From Epithemia pelagica (taxonomy: Eukaryota > Protista > Bacillariophyta): a stretch of 64,000 bases of DNA. The position numbers and the translations under genes were made by a program. Where the stretch lies: NCBI GenBank assembly GCA_946965045.2, contig OX337242.1:558001-622000 (forward strand). The letters run 5' to 3'. How positions within the stretch are numbered: position 1 is the stretch's first letter; the number at the start of each line of letters is the position of its first letter. The notes beneath the pieces are model-generated. The model saw only the letters and a list, made by a program, of their open reading frames with translations, made no database searches and was not told the origin of the DNA. This document shows, piece by piece, positions 45,826-57,116 of this stretch.

Positions 45826-47125
45826 ATGAAGCTCTACATGGATCCTAGCTTGCTTCCACCTTCCCGCAATCGCGAAGCCAACTCCACGCATCGTCTTTCA
45901 CGTTTAGACATTCAACGAGCCAGTCAAGATATTAAGCGCTTTGTCGAAGACCGTCTCGAACGCGACTTTCACCTCGTCAAGGTAGGTACTGTCCGCACCG
46001 TATACAACTACGTCTCGTCTAGCTCTGGTTTCTTGTCTCAACCAACAAGACTGTTCTTGATTGACTGTACAGCATGCCACTCCCCTGGCCTTCTTGACCG
46101 GAACAGGTGTTAATGATGATCTGGATGGCACCAAGTCCAAAAGTGCCGTCACCTTTCGTGTGCCCAATCAGTTTATTCCTCGAGGTATTGAGGTACAGGA
46201 CGACGATAACGGCAAGAATCCAGCAACACCCTACCAACTCGACTGTGAAGTCGTCCAATCGCTGGCCAAGTGGAAACGATTCATGCTGGGTCATCTCGAC
46301 TGCCCCGTGAATACAGGTATCTACTGCGATTCGACATCCATTCGCAAGGGTTACAAGGGCGACGTGACGCATTCAGCCATTGCCGACCAGTGGGACTTTG
46401 AATTCGAATTCAAGAACATGAACGGACCCCGCAAGAGCTTTATCAACGTGTCCGAACCTTGTGGAGAATAATCAAGGATGCCGAAGAGTTTATTCTGAAC
46501 AAGTATCCCGACATTCTCTTGGCCAATCATGCCACGGCCTCCTTTCGACTCCCCCGGGACATTACCATTCTCACATCCGAAGAATTTGCACCACAAATAT
46601 CCCAATCTAGACGTCCATGATCGCGAAACGGCAGCCGTCAAGGAATACGGTGCCATTTTCATTCATGGCATGGGCTGGCCCATGGCCGATGGATCGCCCC
46701 CAGAGGAAGTGCGCTCCCCGGGTTATGACGATTGGAATTTGAATGGGGACATACTCGTGTACCATCCACTCACGGAATACCGGCACGAACTTAGTTCCAT
46801 GGGCATTCGAGTGGATAAGGAATCCTTGTTAAAGCAACTGGAACACCGGGGCATGATGCATCAATCCAAACTAGATTTTTTCCAAGCCGTCTTGAAAGAT
46901 CGTGTCCCTCACTCGTACGGTGGTGGTTTGGGCATTTCCCGGCTTCTCATGTTGCTGCTTCGCACCGGGCATATTGGAGAAGTCCAAGTCGGTCTGTGGA
47001 ACGATGAACACTTTCGACAAGCGGCCTCCGCTGGCATGGACATAATTCCCGACCGCATTCTGAACTTTGACACCAAGGACAAGCCCGACATGACAACAGA
47101 GACCAAGGAACATGCAGACCAGTAG
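45826..47125 (+). CDS. asnA: Aspartate-ammonia ligase (asparagine synthetase A); intron 45982-46072; two opposite 1-nt indels at ~46404 and ~46586
   Basis: Motifs DDLDG, EVVQSLAKWKR, DQWDFE, YDDWNLNGDIL, ELSSMGIRVD, GGGLGISRL and HIGEVQ. The segment RIQEHERT…NKYP…ITILTSEE lies in a shifted frame. Confidence 0.9.
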
Positions 47126-48120
47126 CACTTGGAGGTGGGATATAGTGTACGAACAGATATGACACCTTTTGCGACGACAAAACAATCCAAATGTAGAGCG
47201 AAGCAGTCGTTTCGCAAACATTGAGGCCACACCTCAAAGTGACAAATCATCATCGCCGACTGAATATGACGAGGAAGGAATCATATTATTAGACTCCACC
47301 ACCAATCTGTTGACAGCATCCAGCATAGCCATTTCTTGCCGTATTCCGTAACCTCCTCCCTGTTAGGTGAACCAGAACTTGCAACCCAATAGAGATCAAA
47401 CCTTTGCCGTAACAATAACGACAAGTTCGCAGATTCGTTTCCATTACTCTCTGTATGCATCGGTTCATAGATTCGCTTCCCTCAATGCCTTGATGTTTCT
47501 TATGCCTGTATGTATCTTGGCCGTTTAGTCCCTCTTCTCGCTCGAATCCTCGTTGAGACTAAATAATATAGTAGGAAGATCGTCCGTCTAACAGTCACAA
47601 CGTATACAGGGCGGTCTTGCTGTCAAATCATATTGTACAAAGGCGGACAACAATGTATTGTATATATTGGTGACCACGAAGCGTGAAAAAGGCAGCCTGA
47701 CCACCATCATGTTGTTGATTGCCCAACAATTGATTGTGTGACAGAGAAAGTTCCCGCCAATCATGTATATCTTATATCTCGTGGTTTGCTCTTTGTGTGT
47801 GTTCGTGTGGTAGAGATGCTTGACAAGATGCGAAACTAAAGATTATGCGATGCTCTAGAGAGAGATTGGGCGATGGGACCATCGTCCAATGTGAGAGGAT
47901 AGAGGAGTATACCTAGTTACCCAAAGATTGATTCGTGACCCGACTGAAATAGGAATGTAAAAATGGCACGAATCTTCGCGCTCTGCTCACGTTTGGATTT
48001 TGGATATCCACAATCCACACTCCATATTGATCTCCTTTTCATCCAGGTCTATTATCGGGGTACGGATATGGCAATTACAGGTACTTCCTTTCCCGAGTAC
48101 CTACGCTGCTGATTTCCTTT

Positions 48121-49200
48121 ATGGAGCGCAATGAAGACAAAACCTTAGAGGAGGACGCCAGCGCCATTGAATTGTCAGGCCCGATCACCGAAAGAGCCAA
48201 AAAGACCCCACTCTTTGATGCTTTCTTGATTCACACTGGGGCACAAAAATCCTTAGCAGTCGACGCCCTTCACTATGTCTTATCGAAAACTTATGGATTC
48301 CGATGCTTTTTGGACGTGGAAATGAATAACAACGGCGGATCACCTCAACAGCAAATGCTAGAAGCTCTATGGACCAGCCGCTACTTGATCGCCGTCATTT
48401 CTGTGGAATTCTTTGATCGGAAGGATCCAAAAGACGAGCTTTGTAGGGCATTTGATCGCATGAAGTTTCTAAGGGACCGAGAAAATTATGGCTGGCAATC
48501 TCTTTGGGTGATACTGTACAACATATCCGTCTCCGAATATGATCAACATCGTGTCACTCATGATTTGCCCGATCTGGGAAACGAAGTGGTTGTATACGAA
48601 TGGTTAAACCACGGAGCTTCAGGAAAATATCACCGTTGGTCGAACCTGTGCGAGAATCTGGGGCTTTCCTTGGTGGCTCACGATGATAAAGATGGCGCCA
48701 AGGAAAAATGGACAAGATTTACAAAAGACCACGGCGAAGGACTTCTTGACGAAAGCCTTTCAAGCTTGTCCTCATTTTCGTCAAGGTCCAGAACATCGGT
48801 GATTCGGAAGATTCGTGTTCGTGTTCACGTCGCACGTTTCATAAAGGATCCAGAGGGCCGAAAACATTTTTTTGTCAATGTCGTCAACGAATCGCCGAAG
48901 CGCGAACTACAAATATCTCATGTTTATTTTGAGGACAAAGCAAAAGGAATCTTTCTCTCGATTCAACCCAAGGCAAGAAAGCTACCAACGAGATTAAAGC
49001 TTGATGAGTCCTGGGAAACTTGGATCCCTGTTTCCCAAATTGAAGACGCGATGGGAGTGCAGCTGGATCAGAATGAGTCGATGTACAACAAGTTTTTCGT
49101 ACGATTAACAAGTGGAGACGTCTTCGACTCCGAAAGGAACATGAGTGTTCCCCAGCAAGGATCGGTTCCCGGTGGACCAATCGAGGACATTGGGATCTAG
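48121..49200 (+). CDS. TIR-domain protein (bacterial-like TIR_2) with an uncharacterised beta-rich C-terminal domain
   Basis: FDAFLIHTG, FRCFLD, MLEALWTSRYLIAVISVEFF and DPKDEL match the TIR betaA/betaB/betaC pattern and the catalytic Glu position. Intronless, 359 aa. Confidence 0.8.
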   Translation: MERNEDKTLEEDASAIELSGPITERAKKTPLFDAFLIHTGAQKSLAVDALHYVLSKTYGFRCFLDVEMNNNGGSPQQQMLEALWTSRYLIAVISVEFFDRKDPKDELCRAFDRMKFLRDRENYGWQSLWVILYNISVSEYDQHRVTHDLPDLGNEVVVYEWLNHGASGKYHRWSNLCENLGLSLVAHDDKDGAKEKWTRFTKDHGEGLLDESLSSLSSFSSRSRTSVIRKIRVRVHVARFIKDPEGRKHFFVNVVNESPKRELQISHVYFEDKAKGIFLSIQPKARKLPTRLKLDESWETWIPVSQIEDAMGVQLDQNESMYNKFFVRLTSGDVFDSERNMSVPQQGSVPGGPIEDIGI

Positions 49201-50037
49201 GTGGTTATTAGAATTGTAACAAAGTGCCTACACTGCAACAACCTTTGACAGGAATCACATGCGTACGCATAATGTCCTGAAAACAAACTACTGGTCGACC
49301 ATATGGAGGGCTATGCAAGCGGAAGACGCAGAGAGAACTGCACTGCGTTTTCTTCATGATGACGATTGATAATTGAGAGGCGAGAGTCGTTGCACCACGG
49401 CAAGAAAATGGGGAATCGAGCCATAACCTTTAATCTCGGATACCAACAGTCTCCTTCACATGTTTTGCTGCTGGACTGTTTTGGCATGTTACCATGTTGT
49501 GGTCTACGCAGAATCGAACCATGGGTTCAGCGGATAGACTTTTGTCGTTCATAGATAAAAGGAGTAACCATGAGTGACTAATATCAAGGAGTGCTCCTGC
49601 GTGACAACCACAAGATATTAGCCACATCCGGATGCTTTCGCGGAATGTCTGCTGACCGTTTGGCCCCTTGATCTAGTAGTCATTGCTATACAAAAGACGG
49701 CAGACATGCAACATTCAGTGCCTTCTATTAGTGTTATAGTCTCTTTCCATACATACGTTCACAAAAAAGGAGAGATGAACTACATCATGGTCATCTTCCA
49801 ACCCATCAGCACGACCGCAAACATGTGTGTGTTTGTGACACGCGCACGCACCCATCACACCGCAGTGACTGGATTCCCTGTGGTGACTTTGTCGTTTGTC
49901 GTCGTCATTCGGACTCGACAAGACAGGAAGCAGCAACAAACAATACGGATATTCGAACGACACGGCAGTTTCGTTTGGAAGTACGCGAGACGCGTCCAAC
50001 ACCATTGGAACCATCCACACGGGATAGTTCCACCGGT

Positions 50038-51474
50038 TTACATCATTTCTGTTCTAGTGGTCGTTCGTGTGTTTGTCGCATCCGTGGGCGGTGGTTGTTC
50101 TCGTAGCAATCCATAGACTAACTGAGGTTCGTTCCGAACTCGTGCCACCAACTGTGGCAAGGCATGTCGTTCCTGTCGCAACCATCCCCGTCCCGCTTCG
50201 TTCAAGGCCACAACATGTCGAAGTCGTTCGGCACAGGTATGCGTCAAGGGACGGAATGACACGCCTTGTCGTCGTTGCTGCTGTCGTTGTCGTGGACCCG
50301 TCCAGTACGCTGCAGACGCAATGACAATGGAAAGACGAAGCAAACTGGTATTGTCCCGTTGTAACACCTCATACAAGTTCCATCCCATGGAATCCGACAA
50401 GGGGTTGAGATCGAGACTCAATCGTTTCAAACTGGTATTGGTGGCCAAGGCTTGACAAAAGGCATGGCTCCCATCATGCTCTTCTTCGTGGCCGTTTCGT
50501 CCCGACAATTGATTGTGCGAAAGGGAAAGTTCCGTCAAGGCAAAGGAGGACCAAGTATCCGAGTCATGCTTGGAGGAGGATTGCCACAACAAGGGTGTAA
50601 TGGCGTGCCAGTCCGAAATGTGATTCATGGAAAAATCAATCTTGGTCCAAGGACGGTTCGTTTGTTGAATGGCCTGACAGAGGGGACCGACATGAGACAA
50701 GTTACAACGAACCAATCGCAATTCTCTCAAGGAGGGCAATTGTCGAATGAGTTGGACCAGCAATTCCATCGTTTTCGTACTACTAGATAAGTCCAATCCA
50801 AAGAGTTGCAAACTGTGCAATCCTCGACAGTGTGCCAAGGCCTGCAACAATCGTTGCGTAGTGTGGTCGGCCCTGGACCGCTCGTCGTCATTGTCCTGTT
50901 GTTGTTGTTGCTGCTGTTCGCAAAAGGCCAATCGCAATTCCTTTAAGGCCAAGGATGGGTGTGCCAATGCTTGTCCCAGCGACGAGAGCAACACACTTGT
51001 CTCTTGTTGTTGTTGGAACAGAGAGATATGAGTCATGTGCAAGCGTACCAAATTGGGACAGGTTACCAAGGCTTGTGACAAGGCTTGAGCGGACAAGGCA
51101 TCTTGTTCCAATTGCGGACCCAATCCGACCAGGGACAAGGATTGAACGACGGGAGATTCTCGCATGGCTCGAAACAAGCCCAAACATCGCAAACACGAGG
51201 ATGTGGAAGACGCCGTGACACTTTGCACCACATGAAATCGAATCATCCTCTTACTGGGTCCACGTGATTGTGGTTGTTGCAATTGTTGGACCGCTTGATT
51301 GACACGGTCTTGCGTATCCAACCATTCGTCACAGGCTGATGACGAGGAGGAGGACGATGAGTGTGGTGGATGGCATGTCGTCGTCGTCGTCGTCGTGGTT
51401 GGAGAGGGATCCTTGGGCCGACGAAAGGCCAACAAGTCTCGTTGGAGGGCGAAATGACGAGCGGCCATCAACAT
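50038..51474 (-). CDS. RNI-like leucine-rich repeat protein, third family member
   Basis: LKELRLAFC, LHSLQLFG, LRELRLVRC, LTELSLSHN and LKRLSLDLN repeats. The C-terminus ALNEAGRGWL…LVYGLLREQP is typical of this family. Confidence 0.8.
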   Translation of the reverse strand: MLMAARHFALQRDLLAFRRPKDPSPTTTTTTTTCHPPHSSSSSSSSACDEWLDTQDRVNQAVQQLQQPQSRGPSKRMIRFHVVQSVTASSTSSCLRCLGLFRAMRESPVVQSLSLVGLGPQLEQDALSAQALSQALVTCPNLVRLHMTHISLFQQQQETSVLLSSLGQALAHPSLALKELRLAFCEQQQQQQQDNDDERSRADHTTQRLLQALAHCRGLHSLQLFGLDLSSSTKTMELLVQLIRQLPSLRELRLVRCNLSHVGPLCQAIQQTNRPWTKIDFSMNHISDWHAITPLLWQSSSKHDSDTWSSFALTELSLSHNQLSGRNGHEEEHDGSHAFCQALATNTSLKRLSLDLNPLSDSMGWNLYEVLQRDNTSLLRLSIVIASAAYWTGPRQRQQQRRQGVSFRPLTHTCAERLRHVVALNEAGRGWLRQERHALPQLVARVRNEPQLVYGLLREQPPPTDATNTRTTTRTEMM

Positions 51475-52480
51475 GGTGCTGTTGAATCGTCAAGGTAATT
51501 GAATGTGTATGTGGAGACTTGTGCTGGGAGTGCAACCTTGCAATGGTAGATTTCAATGGAGAGATCAATGTTCTTGAATCTGGGTCTTCCCCAAACAACA
51601 ACAATGCTTTTTGGAAGCGCAACGTTTCAGAACGAAATGTCGATACGGTTGGCAAAGGAGAAAGTACAAAAGATGTGGTTTATAAGTGGTGTTGCAATGC
51701 GGTTGACCTTCAATTTGTTCTTTGGCAGCACGGCAGCACGCTACGTGTTGTGTCCAGGACATACCTTCTATGTTTGTGTGGCGCAACGTTGAGGTCATCG
51801 GAATGCAGTGTCGGACAACGTTTGATTGGTTGGCATACCTCCCACGAAGCAGAATTTCTCAACTTTGGTGTGGACCAATGACGTGGGACGCATGGTCCTG
51901 CGTAAGAAACCGTCACGAACTCTTGAGCGTGAATCCGTATGATTACTATAAATTATTGAGTATAATACATGCATGAAACAATGGGTAGTTGCACGTCTGA
52001 GGTCGAGATATTCCCTTGGGAAAGGTCATTGAGCGACTTCCAAGCGACCCCAAAGTCATACGGAGTCGCATGCCAAACGGTTAGAAAAAATTATTAGTCT
52101 ACTTGCGGGTTTGGCGAGACGCGAGACGCGACACAACCACACAACGCACACTGCGGACCAATCGAAGGCATTCTTGCGCCATATTCCATCCATCATCCTT
52201 CGTTGTATGGTGGAGATTGACACCCATTTTCTCTCTCTAACACAAAACCAACAAACGCAAGTGGTCTTGTGGTGCGTGTGTTGGGAGGATTTGGCATTTC
52301 ATTGTCGTTGTTGTTGTTGTTGTCAGTGATTGATTTGCTGGAAGGTGCTGACAGCTTGGAGTGTGATCCACGCGGAACCGGTCAACGTGGATTGATTGAT
52401 TGATTGACAGTTCATTGCAGTTGTCAGATCGCAGCATCTCCGTCAGATATCAGACTTTGTTTTATTATTGACTCGATCGA

Positions 52481-53470
52481 TTGGAAACAAGAATCATGAA
52501 CGCACCATCGTCGACGTGGTTCGCCTCGGACAGTCCCTATTATTTGCAACTCTTGATTGGTCCCGCCGCCTCATGTCCATCCTCTCGTGGTCGTTATCCG
52601 GATGAATCATCATCGTCATTTGGTTCCGGGAGAGTGTCGTGGATGACCGTGGCCAGTCTCGTGCTTCTCGTGGGACACTGTGTGGTGCCAGGAGGATGGG
52701 ATGCTCTCTTTGCTCAATTGGAACGTGTCGTGGTCCCCTTTTATACCGGCTTGGTCCTCTTGTATCTGAGTGTCTTGATTTTGGCCGGTCCGCTCGAAAC
52801 CCTCCATTATTGGTGGAGGGGGCCCCGACCAACAACTACCTCCAGAACCACTGCTACTACAAGTCGGGATCCCACCACCACCACACTGCAGCCGTCCACC
52901 AAAGCACCCCTCGTCGCACGACCCGCCTCGTCCCCCGTGCAAGTTCCAGTGGAATCCGCGACAACGACTGTCGCAGAGACGGACGCAACGGCATCCCAGC
53001 AACAAGACCAAGAAGAACAACCCTTTGATTTATCGGGAGCCTACAAATTGGTGTCCAATGACAATTTTGATGGATTTCTGGCCGTGCAAGGAGTTCCCTG
53101 GGCCTTGCGTCGCGCCGCCAATCAAGCACGTCCCATTCATCGCCTCTTGCATCAAGGCAATCGGTTGACCATTAAAATTGAAGGTCTCATTGAATCCCAA
53201 ACCACCTACCGAATTGGTGGACCACCGGTGGAAACCAATGTCCGAGGACGCATTTTTCAAGATGTCGTTCGGTACTTGCCGGACCAACAAGTGGGCATCC
53301 TCGTTTCCAAAAAGGCCTTGACCGAAGACTATGATGTCACGGTCCAACGACAGTTTCGTGAGGATTTGCAAGAAATTACCATGACCAGTCAAGCAGTCTT
53401 TCGAGATGGTCGAGAAACGGTCCAATGTGTCCAACAGTTTCAACGTCTCGAGGAGGAGGAACGACAGTGA
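52481..53470 (+). CDS. Membrane-anchored protein with a C-terminal FABP/lipocalin-like beta-barrel
   Basis: Two N-terminal hydrophobic segments and a Thr/Pro linker, then FDLSGAYKLVSNDNFDGFLAVQGVPWALRRAA, the FABP N-terminal G.(W/Y)KL..S.NFD.(Y/F)L…GV motif. Confidence 0.75.
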   Translation: METRIMNAPSSTWFASDSPYYLQLLIGPAASCPSSRGRYPDESSSSFGSGRVSWMTVASLVLLVGHCVVPGGWDALFAQLERVVVPFYTGLVLLYLSVLILAGPLETLHYWWRGPRPTTTSRTTATTSRDPTTTTLQPSTKAPLVARPASSPVQVPVESATTTVAETDATASQQQDQEEQPFDLSGAYKLVSNDNFDGFLAVQGVPWALRRAANQARPIHRLLHQGNRLTIKIEGLIESQTTYRIGGPPVETNVRGRIFQDVVRYLPDQQVGILVSKKALTEDYDVTVQRQFREDLQEITMTSQAVFRDGRETVQCVQQFQRLEEEERQ

Positions 53471-55399
53471 CGACGTCCACGACAATGCCATGTCTCTTGC
53501 CCACCCCCAAGGATTTGCAACCATTCAACAACGCAGTTGGAAAATTGTTTTTTGGCAATTGGAAAACAGTTGTGTTGTTGTTGTTGTCTTCAAAAAAGAG
53601 GAACCAAGCATTCACTCTCGGTCCGAACGGAGGCTGCTCCTAGTTCTGGATCCCAGTTTACACAGGCAGCAATGGCAGAGCAACTACTAGTTAGGAGACT
53701 CGTATGGCCGATTCTTCCTAGACAACAGTGTGGTAGCATGCAGTCCGTTCTCCCTCTACTAGACAACAGGCTGACAAGGGTACAACGACGTCTACACGAG
53801 CGGGTTGTCCCTACCACACGAAACAAAACGACGGAACGAGAAACAATGGCGAGCCGATTGGAATGAACCCCGAGCACGGTCAATTGTTCCCTCGTCTACC
53901 TAGTAGAGGACAGACCAGCGTCACATGGTTGACACTAGATGCACTTTGGAAATGACGGTGTAGTGTAAGTAGCAGCATAGTTCGTCCAACTATCTAGGTA
54001 GGACCACAAGGCACATTCTGCTGTAGTCTCATGTTTCTGTTTGGATGTTGTTTTCGGCTGATTTTGAACGACCTAGCCAAGATTGCCCTCGTTTAGATTT
54101 GTCTGTAATTGCAATGGGTTTCTGCTGGCTGATTTTCAAGGTCATGATCGCCTTCTTCGTGTTCGATTCGGCTGCATTTGCAAAGGACCATGATGTTGAC
54201 AAAACCCTTGAGTCCTACCGTATGTCTATTCGTATTCAAGGTGTCTGTAGTAGATTCGTTGTTTCTGAGTTGGGATTCCAATGTTCCATTCGGTTTCTGC
54301 GGCCACGCGCACGGAAAAACTATGGACACTACCCAAGGCCGGCAAAGAACCAAGAACCAATCAGGAACGACCACCCGTCATCACAAACCACAATGGAATC
54401 TAAGGTACCTACTCAATCCACAATCCATAATCCATACCCCCGACAATAATAGATTGATGCGTCCATAGTCGCCATAGCCAACAGCCACCCATCATTATTA
54501 TTTGTCTATTGCGATATTGCCATTCCACAACAGCCATTCCAAATAATTGCAAATGCAACGAGCAGGGAAAGTCTTCATTCTCTTTTTCTCAACTCAACTC
54601 ACCACACCCATCTTGATCTACCTAGCTAGATGGAAAACAACACTCCTGCTCTAGAAATCGGACGAGGAGTACCGAATACTCCAGCTTTCTCTTATTGCCT
54701 GTTCTTGATAGGTGACATACATAGACACTTAGATAGAATCTCAGAAGCTGTCGATGCTACCGTAAACTGTTCATGCCTTGTGGTCAAGATCAAGCAGCAG
54801 TACTTGTTGATGATGGGACGAGAGATTCGATGTGATCAGGCCTTCATCGAAATAGCTAGGTACATCTGCTTCTTGCTCTCTGCTCCACCGTGCTCGTGAG
54901 GTGAGGAAGCCAAATGCTTGTCAAGTTCCATTGAGAAATTAGTACATCCCAGTTTACCATTCTATCGAGCTGGAGAAGCAGCAAGGAGCTTGACCTCATG
55001 GTCTTTCATCTCTCTAGGGAAAGGTAGCTAGTTCTCATACGATACTCTTCCTATTACTTTCACAATCAAAATGATATTGTTTTAGATGTACATCATGTCG
55101 ATATAAGCATTCGATCAGTTTTCGGCTTGCAACAAGGTTGGTCATTTGTCCTTCAATATAAGTCGGTATTTCTTGAGACAGCCAATCAGTATAGCGCAAT
55201 GCGTGCTTTCCGGTAGCACGATAGGAGGAAAGGTTGACAAAATTGATTCCCTTGTCTCAAATGACAATTCAGCTATTGCTTCAGGCCGACAGGTAGAGCA
55301 TCTGTGCGACCTGTATATGTACATATGTTGTCCCCTGGAGTGCTTGGCCCATCGAAGAAGAGAAACCTTTTCCCTTCCCTTGCGGAGAACTCATGGTAT

Positions 55400-55780
55400 T
55401 CACCACTGAGGAACAAAGCCCTGATTACTAGCACCGTGTGATGGAGAATCGACAAAGTAGCCCCATTCGTCAGCAGAACTCATTTCCTCATCCATCATCA
55501 TGGCATCAGGAACGTCATTCGTATTCATGTAGACTTGTTGGGGAGTCTGCTGTTGCACTTGATGAGTCATCTGAGGACATGGTGGTGTCGCCAGAGCAGC
55601 AAGGTTCTGACAGGCGTTGCTTCCCCATGACTTGCGCATCAAGGAGGAACCCGAGGGAACTCGGCTGGAACTCATGGTCTGGAAAGCGCTCTGCGACGCC
55701 TGAGACCCATCATCGGACGAGATACTCAAAGCGGAGAGGCTCAAGCTCGAAACACTGCATCTTGAGAGAGAAGTAGCCAT
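55400..55780 (-). CDS. Short Ser-rich disordered protein with a C-terminal WGYFVD motif (member 1)
   Basis: 126-aa ATG-to-stop ORF containing KSWGS and DEWGYFVD. The motif is shared with two nearby ORFs. Confidence 0.65.
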   Translation of the reverse strand: MATSLSRCSVSSLSLSALSISSDDGSQASQSAFQTMSSSRVPSGSSLMRKSWGSNACQNLAALATPPCPQMTHQVQQQTPQQVYMNTNDVPDAMMMDEEMSSADEWGYFVDSPSHGASNQGFVPQW

Positions 55781-56843
55781 GGCTGGATACTGATCAATAC
55801 GAAGTATATTTTATGGTATTGTCACTGATGCGGTCCCTTGTTGTGCTTTATGCGAACGCTATTGACACAAAATGGATATGATGCGCTTGGACTTGACATG
55901 CCTTTTCGCCCATCAAAATCGCACAGAATCGCACACAATTGGATGTTTCTTCGTGGCACGCACACCACGAGCATCATTGATGGGTGATGGCTCCTGTCAG
56001 CGAAAGCGTTTTCGGTCCACGTGGGCATGGCGAACTCCGAATCAATCCAGAAGTTGAGGAAAATTGGATGCCTTCGCGCTATGACTTCGTTCCATCGTGA
56101 AAGGGTCATATCGCTGGGTTGTGACTTGAGAACGCAGAAATTTTCCATATGAGATGCCACACTCCCCAGAGGAAATGACTCGGAAGCTAAAATAAGAATA
56201 TTCATTCCAAAATTTCACATTCTGCAGCAATCATTTCACCTTGCTTCGTGAAATTTTTGTATTGCAGTGTGAAGGATATGGAGGAATCTTGCTATTTGAA
56301 CTGTAGTGTCACGTGACGTGGCCCAAGTGTTCTACAAAATCCATAGATTTTGGGTGCCGCTGCGACACGAATTTTCTATTCCGTACCTGGTTTCGATGAC
56401 AATGGTCGGGGATGAGCCTGGTTCACGATCATTCAAGACTGATCTTGGAGTTCATGATGTCTAAGATCCCATAGTGATGTACCTGTTTTGAATAGAAGGA
56501 AATACCTATTGTACATGCGACACAAGATTCCTGGTGCATGTCAATGAGGTCATCCTGATCGTCAAATCAAATGCCACGAAGGGGACATTTCGTAGCAGTT
56601 CCATAAGTAATCTGTGACATGATGTCATTTCCATGGCAGTGACGCACAACAAGTCTTTTTCGTTTGCCAGCTCACCCCACAACACATCACCTTGGCGTCA
56701 AAATTGATCCACGTTTTCATCTTTTTCACCTCGTATTAAAGCTACCCTTCTTCCCCCGTCCATCATGTTGTGTCCATTTTTTCCTAAAAACATCTCGAAT
56801 TCTATCAACGACATACTTGTAAAGAGCATTTTGCAATCGAACC

Positions 56844-57116
56844 ATGCCTGGAATAATCAGCACATCCCTTAGATATTCGAACCGAAGAGCACAACCTGGA
56901 GCATTTTTTCGCAGAGATTCATACTCTAATTCCGTTGTATCAGCGTCCTCCAGACAAGGATCCGCACAAACATCACCTCGGATATCTCGTGATACGAGCT
57001 CTGTGCAATTGACACCAACTTCGACCTCCCAACCATCAAATAGCCTGTGGGGCTCAGAGTTGCCACCCTCCAAGGACAGTTGGGGATACTTTGTGGACTT
57101 TGGAAGTTCCTCGTGA
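56844..57116 (+). CDS. Short Ser-rich disordered protein with a C-terminal WGYFVD motif (member 2)
   Basis: MPGIISTSLRYSN…SLWGS…DSWGYFVDF. Paralog of 60066-60422. Confidence 0.65.
   Translation: MPGIISTSLRYSNRRAQPGAFFRRDSYSNSVVSASSRQGSAQTSPRISRDTSSVQLTPTSTSQPSNSLWGSELPPSKDSWGYFVDFGSSS

Noticed and set aside
47865-47890. 12-bp hairpin upstream of the TIR gene as a bacterial terminator relic
   Set aside because: It is short, has no U-tract and is expected by chance.
55438-55776. Plus-strand 112-aa ORF
   Set aside because: It is the antisense shadow of the WGYFVD gene at 55400-55780.
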